Origin: Thermoplasmatota archaeon
Lineage (GTDB): Archaea; Thermoplasmatota; E2; JACPAO01; JAHFTW01
Direction: 5' to 3'
NCBI GenBank assembly: GCA_049619235.1
Contig: JBMZMP010000001.1
Location: forward strand, 1 to 36,719
DNA length: 36,719 bases
Every line of letters starts with the position of its first letter. Positions within the stretch are counted from its first letter, which is position 1. Position numbers and translations under genes: made by a program. The notes under the pieces were generated by a model. That model saw only the letters and a list, made by a program, of their open reading frames with translations, was not told where the DNA came from and did no database searches. Below, piece after piece: positions 31,585 through 36,719 of the stretch.

Positions 31585-32529
31585 GTGAACCGACTGCAAC
31601 CCACCGCGCGAGGCGTCCGAACCAAGGACCGACTCGCCGCCATCAGCTTCCGGACGGCCGCATACAGCGTCTTCGGAATCGTGGGACTCATCCTCTGGCT
31701 GCTACTTGGAAACAGCCTCGTCTTCCTCACCGAAACCAGCTTCAGCGAGTTCCTAACCGGAAACCGCTGGATCGTCACCAGCACCGAAAGCAGCAACGCA
31801 TACGGCATCATGGCCCCCCTCAGCGGCACACTCATGGTCGCCATTGGAGCGCCCATCCTCGCCGTGCCCTTCGGTCTCGCCGGCGCCATCTACCTCGCCG
31901 AGTACGCACAACCCCGCGTCCGCGCCATCGTCAAACCCACCCTCGAAATTCTCACCGGCATCCCAAGCATCGTCATGGGATTCTTCGCCTTCCAAGTCAT
32001 CAACCCCTGGATCCGCAGCATCACCGAACCCGGCGACGCCCTCTACTACCTAAGCGGCGGCAACAGCGCCGAGCAATACAACATGCTCAGCGCCATCATC
32101 GCAGTCGCCATCATGATCCTCCCCATCATCGTCACCTTCAGCGAAGACGCCATCCGGGCCGTGCCCAAGCACCTCAAAGAAGCCAGCATGGGCCTCGGCG
32201 CCACCAAATGGGAAACCACTCGCAAAGTGGTCTTCCCAGCCGCCATCAGCGGCATCACCGCAAGCGTCGTCCTCGCCGTGGCCCGCGCCATCGGCGAAAC
32301 CATGGCCGTGACCATGGCAGCCGGAACAGCCCAATACGTCAACTTCAACCCATTCGCAGGTGCACTCACTGCAACCAGCGCCATCGCCAACACAGCAGCC
32401 AACGACATCGCCCACGACGGCCCCGCCTACAGCAGCCTGTTCATGGTCGGGTTGGTGCTGTTCCTGCTCACGCTGGTCATGAACCTCATCGCGCAACGAA
32501 TCGTCAAGAAATTCAGGGAGGAAGAATGA
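31585..32529 (+). CDS. pstC: Phosphate ABC transporter permease PstC
   Basis: Multi-TM permease with an EAA-like loop (EASMGLGATKWETTRKVVFPAA). The start is taken as GTG 31585 (314 aa) because motif copy 3 lies upstream of it. ATG 31507 and the ORF start at 31435 are alternatives. The stop overlaps the pstA ATG. Confidence 0.8.
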   Translation: MNRLQPTARGVRTKDRLAAISFRTAAYSVFGIVGLILWLLLGNSLVFLTETSFSEFLTGNRWIVTSTESSNAYGIMAPLSGTLMVAIGAPILAVPFGLAGAIYLAEYAQPRVRAIVKPTLEILTGIPSIVMGFFAFQVINPWIRSITEPGDALYYLSGGNSAEQYNMLSAIIAVAIMILPIIVTFSEDAIRAVPKHLKEASMGLGATKWETTRKVVFPAAISGITASVVLAVARAIGETMAVTMAAGTAQYVNFNPFAGALTATSAIANTAANDIAHDGPAYSSLFMVGLVLFLLTLVMNLIAQRIVKKFREEE

Positions 32530-33434
32530 ACCTCAAACCCTCCCCGCAACTGCACCGCCGGCACCGCCGAGAACGCGTGGCAAAAACGCTCATGACTGCC
32601 ATGAGCTGGAGCATCGTCGCCATCCTCGTCCTCATCCTGTGGCGAGTCATCGGTGCAGGCACCGTCGCCTTCGACGCAAGCTTCTGGACCACGGAATACT
32701 CCCCGCAAAGCCAACCGTTCAACGCCACCACGGACAACGCCAACGATCTCGCCACCGGCGTCTTCGACTCCATCATGTACAGCGTCATCATGCTCGCCGT
32801 TACCATGGTCTTCGCGGTCCCCATCTCCTTGATGGCAGGCATCTACCTACACGAATACGCAAGGCCCGGAAAGGTCACCAACGCGATCCGAACCGCCGTG
32901 AGCAACCTCGCCGCAGTCCCAAGCATTGTCTGGGGTCTCCTTGGGCTTGCCATTTTCGTTCGGTTCCTTTCCCTCGGAAAGAACCCGCTCGCCTCCGGAT
33001 TGACACTTGGCATCCTCGTGTTGCCAATCCTCATCGTCAGCACCGAAGAAGCCCTCAAGACCATTCCAAAGGAAGTCCGACACGCAAGCCTCGCCCTCGG
33101 CGCCAACCGCTGGCAGACCATCAAGAGCCACGTGGTCCCCTACGCCATGCCCAACATCCTCACCGGCCAAATCGTCGCCCTCGCACGAGCCGCCGGGGAA
33201 ACCGCTCCGCTCCTCTTGCTAGGGGCCGGATCCTACCGCGCACTCATCCAGTATGGTTTGCTGGAACCCGGGGCCGCCTTGCAGACCCGGGCCTACAAAC
33301 TCATCCTAGGCGCGCACGAAGTGGACAAAGCAACCGGCGCTGGCGCCATCGTCATCCTCCTCATCGTCACCCTTAGCCTCAACCTCACAGCCATCATCCT
33401 GCGGCAACGACTCGCATCCAAAATCAAGTGGTAA
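32526..33434 (+). CDS. pstA: Phosphate ABC transporter permease PstA
   Basis: ORF 32208-33434 was trimmed to ATG 32526 (ATGA overlap with pstC). [20 protein letters not shown] is the EAA loop. The protein is multi-TM. Confidence 0.85.
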   Translation: MNLKPSPQLHRRHRRERVAKTLMTAMSWSIVAILVLILWRVIGAGTVAFDASFWTTEYSPQSQPFNATTDNANDLATGVFDSIMYSVIMLAVTMVFAVPISLMAGIYLHEYARPGKVTNAIRTAVSNLAAVPSIVWGLLGLAIFVRFLSLGKNPLASGLTLGILVLPILIVSTEEALKTIPKEVRHASLALGANRWQTIKSHVVPYAMPNILTGQIVALARAAGETAPLLLLGAGSYRALIQYGLLEPGAALQTRAYKLILGAHEVDKATGAGAIVILLIVTLSLNLTAIILRQRLASKIKW

Positions 33435-33436
33435 CC

Positions 33437-34189
33437 ATGAACGTACTCCAAATCAACAACCTCGACTTCCACTACGGCGACAACCAAGCCCTGTGGGACA
33501 TCCAACTCGACATCCCCGCCAACCAAGTCACCGCGTTCATTGGCCCAAGCGGCTGCGGAAAATCCACGCTGCTACGGTGCCTCAACCGCATGAACGACCT
33601 CATCCCAGGCACCAAGCTCACCGGCACCATCGCCTTGAACGGGGAAGACTTGTACGAAGCCTCCGTCGACCCCGTCGCCGTCCGCCACCACGTGGGTATG
33701 GTGTTCCAGAAACCCAACCCCTTCCCCAAGAGCATCTTCGACAACATCGCCTTCGGCATCAAGTTGCACGAACAATTGAGCAAAGAAGAACTGGCCGAAC
33801 GGGTGCAATGGGCGCTTGAAAAAGCACATCTTTGGGACGAAGTCAAAGACCGCCTGCAAGAACCCGGCACCGGCCTCAGTGGCGGCCAACAGCAACGGCT
33901 CTGCATTGCACGAGCACTCGCCGTGAAACCGGAAATCCTCCTCATGGACGAACCATGCAGCGCCCTCGACCCCGTCGCCACCCAGAAAATCGAAGACCTC
34001 ATCTTGGAACTCAAAAAAGAAGTCACCATCGTCATCGTCACCCACTCCATGAGCCAAGCGGCTCGTGTCAGTGACAAAACCGCGTTCTTCTACAAGGGAG
34101 AACTGGTCGAAGCAGGTGCAACCAAACGACTCTTCGAAAACCCACAAGAGGAACTGACAGAACAATACATCACCGGCAGGTTCGGCTAA
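33437..34189 (+). CDS. pstB: Phosphate ABC transporter ATPase PstB
   Basis: Motifs seen: [20 protein letters not shown] (Walker A), [15 protein letters not shown] (signature), [11 protein letters not shown] (Walker B) and VTHSM. GTG 33428 is an alternative start. Confidence 0.9.
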   Translation: MNVLQINNLDFHYGDNQALWDIQLDIPANQVTAFIGPSGCGKSTLLRCLNRMNDLIPGTKLTGTIALNGEDLYEASVDPVAVRHHVGMVFQKPNPFPKSIFDNIAFGIKLHEQLSKEELAERVQWALEKAHLWDEVKDRLQEPGTGLSGGQQQRLCIARALAVKPEILLMDEPCSALDPVATQKIEDLILELKKEVTIVIVTHSMSQAARVSDKTAFFYKGELVEAGATKRLFENPQEELTEQYITGRFG

Positions 34190-34213
34190 ATCCACTGCCA
34201 CCCACTCACACTC

Positions 34214-34951
34214 ATGAAAATGAACATAGCACACGTAAGCGACTTCCATGCCAGCGGCAGTTGGTTCGACGAACAAGCTTTCGAAAAAGGCCTGAAACTC
34301 GTAAACGACCTCAACGTGGACCAAGTCATCTTCACCGGCGACTTGACCGACCACGGGCTCCCGGCGGAATACGAAAAAACATTGCCCCTGCTGCAACGAT
34401 TTGCAGCCCCCGTCTCCTGCGTCATGGGCAACCACGACGCCATGCGGGAAGGATGGCGCATCTTCATCGAAGAGCTCCTCGGCGGCGAACGGTACTACGC
34501 CAAGCCGATGGGGGAATTCCAATTTGTTGGACTCGACAGCGCAGAACCAGATGTGAATGAAGGTCACGTGGGTCGCGAACAAATGGCCTGGTTCCGCAAG
34601 CAAGCAAACGGAAAACCAGCGCTGGTGGCACTGCACCACCACGTCATCCCCGTCCCCTTCACGGGTCGAGAACGCAACATCCTCCTGGACTCCGGCGACT
34701 TGTTGCTGGCATTGGACGAATGCAAAGTGCCTCTGGTCTTCACAGGGCACAAGCACCAACCATGGGCATGGCGCGTCAACGACACCGTCATCAGCACCAC
34801 GGGCACCTTCTGTTCCAAGAAAACCAACTGCGGCCAATCCTTCAACCACATCCAAATCGACGGCGATGACTTGCTGATTGAGAACGTGGACGTGAACACG
34901 GGCGTTGCCCGAAAGCTCGGCCAATGGAAACTCCCAACGTTGATCCCATGA
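34214..34951 (+). CDS. Calcineurin-like metallophosphoesterase
   Basis: Motifs seen: HVSDFH, FTGDLTDHG, GNHD, LHHH and TGHKH. These are the five metallophosphoesterase motifs in the correct order. Confidence 0.75.
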   Translation: MKMNIAHVSDFHASGSWFDEQAFEKGLKLVNDLNVDQVIFTGDLTDHGLPAEYEKTLPLLQRFAAPVSCVMGNHDAMREGWRIFIEELLGGERYYAKPMGEFQFVGLDSAEPDVNEGHVGREQMAWFRKQANGKPALVALHHHVIPVPFTGRERNILLDSGDLLLALDECKVPLVFTGHKHQPWAWRVNDTVISTTGTFCSKKTNCGQSFNHIQIDGDDLLIENVDVNTGVARKLGQWKLPTLIP

Positions 34952-35604
34952 GCAGGCAAGGAATGGTTTCCGAACTGGAAACATTGGAAAACCAAGTCTT
35001 GGAAATGGCCAAGCTTGCAACGGACATGCTCTCCGAAGGCACTCGTTCTTTGGAGCAATTGGACCGGGACATGGCCGCAGCGGTGATCGACCGGGCGGAC
35101 CGTTTGGCAGAACTGGATGAGCAAATCGAAACCGGCTTGCTGAGCTTCCTTGCACTCCAAAGCCCACTTGCGGGGGACCTCCGCCGCGTGGGGGCCGCGC
35201 TGAAATTGATTACGTACATCAACCGCATTGGGCGCTACGGCTACGACATCGCGAAGGCAACCGCTGCGTGGCCGGCGGACTTGGAACACGTGGCCAAAAT
35301 GGTGGACCTGCGCGAAATGAGCGACAAGGTGCTTGCCATGGTGGAATTGGTCGTTGGCGCGTTCAAGGCGCACTCGGTTCCCGACGTGGCGGCATTGAAG
35401 TCCTTGGAGGATGACGTGGATGCGTTGCGCTACGGCGTGTGGCGCCAGTGCTTGTCGTACATGGATGAATCTAAGGTGAACATTGAGCGCTGCACCCATT
35501 ACATGATGGTGGCGCGGTACCTGGAGCGCTGTGGTGACAACGTCTGCAAGATGGCGGAAAAGCAACATTACGCGGCAACTGGCACCCGGATCTTCATCGA
35601 TTGA
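34948..35604 (+). CDS. phoU: Phosphate signalling/transport accessory protein PhoU
   Basis: Two PhoU repeats (...DRADRLAELDEQIE...YINRIGRYGYDIAK...EDDVDALRY...VARYLERCGDNVCKMAE). The start is taken as ATG 34948 (ATGA overlap with the upstream stop); ATG 34924 is an alternative. Confidence 0.85.
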   Translation: MSRQGMVSELETLENQVLEMAKLATDMLSEGTRSLEQLDRDMAAAVIDRADRLAELDEQIETGLLSFLALQSPLAGDLRRVGAALKLITYINRIGRYGYDIAKATAAWPADLEHVAKMVDLREMSDKVLAMVELVVGAFKAHSVPDVAALKSLEDDVDALRYGVWRQCLSYMDESKVNIERCTHYMMVARYLERCGDNVCKMAEKQHYAATGTRIFID

Positions 35605-35630
35605 GGCGCCCCAGCCAGCAAACCCCCAAA

Positions 35631-35655
35631 TCTCTATAGAAGCTATATTCTATAG
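35631..35655. promoter_or_regulatory. Pho-locus motif copy 4: TCTCTATAGA plus a second TTCTATAG
   Basis: TCTCTATAGA at 35631-35640 and TTCTATAG at 35648-35655, which is 41-65 nt upstream of the PiT start at 35696. Confidence 0.5.
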
Positions 35656-35695
35656 TGGGCAGGGTCTTACTGGAAACTGGCTCGGCTCTCAATAG

Positions 35696-36719
35696 ATGCT
35701 AGACTTTGGATTTCTAAGCGTAGAAACCATCATTGTCCTCGCCGGTGCCTTCGGCCTCTACATGGCCTGGACCATCGGTGCAAACGACGTCGCAAACGCC
35801 ATGGGAACCAGCGTCGGAAGCGGCGCGCTCACACTCAAGAAAGCCATCATCGTTGCCGGTGTCCTCGAATTCGCAGGAGCCGTCCTCGCAGGTGGAAGCG
35901 TCACAGGAACCGTCCGCAAAGGCATCCTCGACGCAGAAACCACCTTCGTGCGCCACAACACCACCATGGTGCAAGGCAACATGACTGCAAACGGAACCAT
36001 GGGCCCCAGCACCGCCGGCCCCGGTCTCGAATTCGCCCCCGAACTCTACATCTACGGCATGCTCGCAGCCCTCCTCGGCACAGCCATCTGGCTCACCATC
36101 GCAACCTACTGGGGCATGCCCGTCAGCACCACCCACTCCATCGTCGGCGGTGTCATCGGCGCCGGTCTCTTTGCAGCCGGCAGCTTCTACGGCTGGAGCA
36201 ACGCCGGCATGGGCGTCGCCTGGGACAAAGTCGGCGACATCGTCGCAAGCTGGCTCTTTGCACCCCTCCTCGGCGGCATCATCGCCTTCCTCCTGTTCTG
36301 GCTCATCAAACTGGTGATCTTCAACAACCCCGACCCCATCGCAGCCACCCGCAAATGGCGCCCCCTGTTCATCTTCCTCGACGTGCTCATCATCGCCATG
36401 GCCACCCTCCTCAAGGGCCTCAAGAACGTGGACTGGTACAAGAGCATCGGACTCACCGAAGGCGAGCAATGGTTCTACAGCTTCCTCATCGCAGCCCTCG
36501 TCACCCTCGTGGCTGAAGTCATCATCCGCAAACGCGCAGGCAATCTCGAAGCCGCCCCAGGCAAGGAGACCTACAAAGTGGTCGAACGGCAATTCATTGC
36601 ACTCCAAGTGGTTACCGCAGGCAGCGTCGCCTTCGCACACGGAGCCAACGACGTGGCAAACGCCATCGGCCCACTCGCAGGCATCGTCAGCGTGGCCCAA
36701 GAAGGCGCCTTCGTCGCAA
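35696..36719 (+). CDS. pit: PiT-family inorganic phosphate transporter, 3' end outside window
   Basis: This gene is not in the ORF track because it has no in-window stop. My own translation from ATG 35696 gives MLDFGFLSVETIIVLAGAFGLYMAWTIGANDVANAMGTSVGSGALTLKKAIIVAGVLEFAGAVLAGGSV...YWGMPVSTTHSIVGGVIGAG, and near the end AFAHGANDVANAIGPLAGI. These are the two PHO4 repeat signatures. Confidence 0.85.
   Translation, partial: MLDFGFLSVETIIVLAGAFGLYMAWTIGANDVANAMGTSVGSGALTLKKAIIVAGVLEFAGAVLAGGSVTGTVRKGILDAETTFVRHNTTMVQGNMTANGTMGPSTAGPGLEFAPELYIYGMLAALLGTAIWLTIATYWGMPVSTTHSIVGGVIGAGLFAAGSFYGWSNAGMGVAWDKVGDIVASWLFAPLLGGIIAFLLFWLIKLVIFNNPDPIAATRKWRPLFIFLDVLIIAMATLLKGLKNVDWYKSIGLTEGEQWFYSFLIAALVTLVAEVIIRKRAGNLEAAPGKETYKVVERQFIALQVVTAGSVAFAHGANDVANAIGPLAGIVSVAQEGAFVA

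Noticed and set aside
165-32525. Long N-terminal extensions in the ORF track for sufD (165), sufT (2664), the megasynthase (6171), alr (21797), argD (to 25219), argJ (to 27452), argC (to 27832), pstS (30265) and pstA (32208)
   Set aside because: The extensions overlap the preceding gene in another frame, are Arg/Pro/His-rich and do not match the protein families. In each case an internal ATG placed at or overlapping the upstream stop gives a normal-length protein.
35714-36700. 328-aa minus-strand ORF, the only ORF the track offers for the last kilobase
   Set aside because: Its translation (Asp/Gly/Ala/Glu/Cys-rich) has no recognisable motif. The plus strand, open to the window end and therefore absent from the track, encodes a PiT phosphate transporter with GANDVANA and STTHSIVGG signatures.

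Overview
GC-rich window (36.7 kb) that looks archaeal. Evidence for that: a class III (type IV pilin-like) signal peptide protein, the Zn-ribbon/DUF2073/GTPase gene trio, an AbrB-PhoU fusion regulator, and a TATA-like box about 25 nt upstream of a likely leaderless first gene, with GGTG-type SD motifs before internal operon genes. Gene order: (1) suf Fe-S operon, sufC(partial)-sufD-sufS-sufU-sufT; (2) an orphan pilin-like gene; (3) a tightly coupled six-gene operon (4732-19038) made of acyl-CoA carboxylase carboxyltransferase, a 3037-aa iterative type I PKS / PUFA-synthase-like megasynthase (KS-AT-KS-4xACP-KR-DH-PPTase), BioY, biotin carboxylase, BCCP and a crotonase; (4) Zn-ribbon/DUF2073/GTPase trio (minus strand); (5) M20 amidohydrolase-alanine racemase-ACT protein; (6) argCJBD (minus strand); (7) a phosphate locus: AbrB-PhoU, ArsR-like and NikR-like regulators, PduO-type adenosyltransferase, pstSCAB, a metallophosphoesterase, phoU and a 3'-truncated PiT transporter that is absent from the ORF track. 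The main candidate for novelty is the self-contained megasynthase operon in an archaeal context. All four of its tandem carrier domains have Thr where the phosphopantetheinyl-Ser should be (DLGIDT), although an apparently intact PPTase domain is fused to the C-terminus. A second signal is a 10-nt motif, TCTCTATAGA, found four times, each 35-65 nt upstream of a phosphate gene. No rRNA, tRNA, CRISPR array, transposase or integrase was recognised. Many long antisense or out-of-frame ORFs in the track are GC-bias shadow ORFs. All function calls rest on motif recognition by eye; no database search was run.
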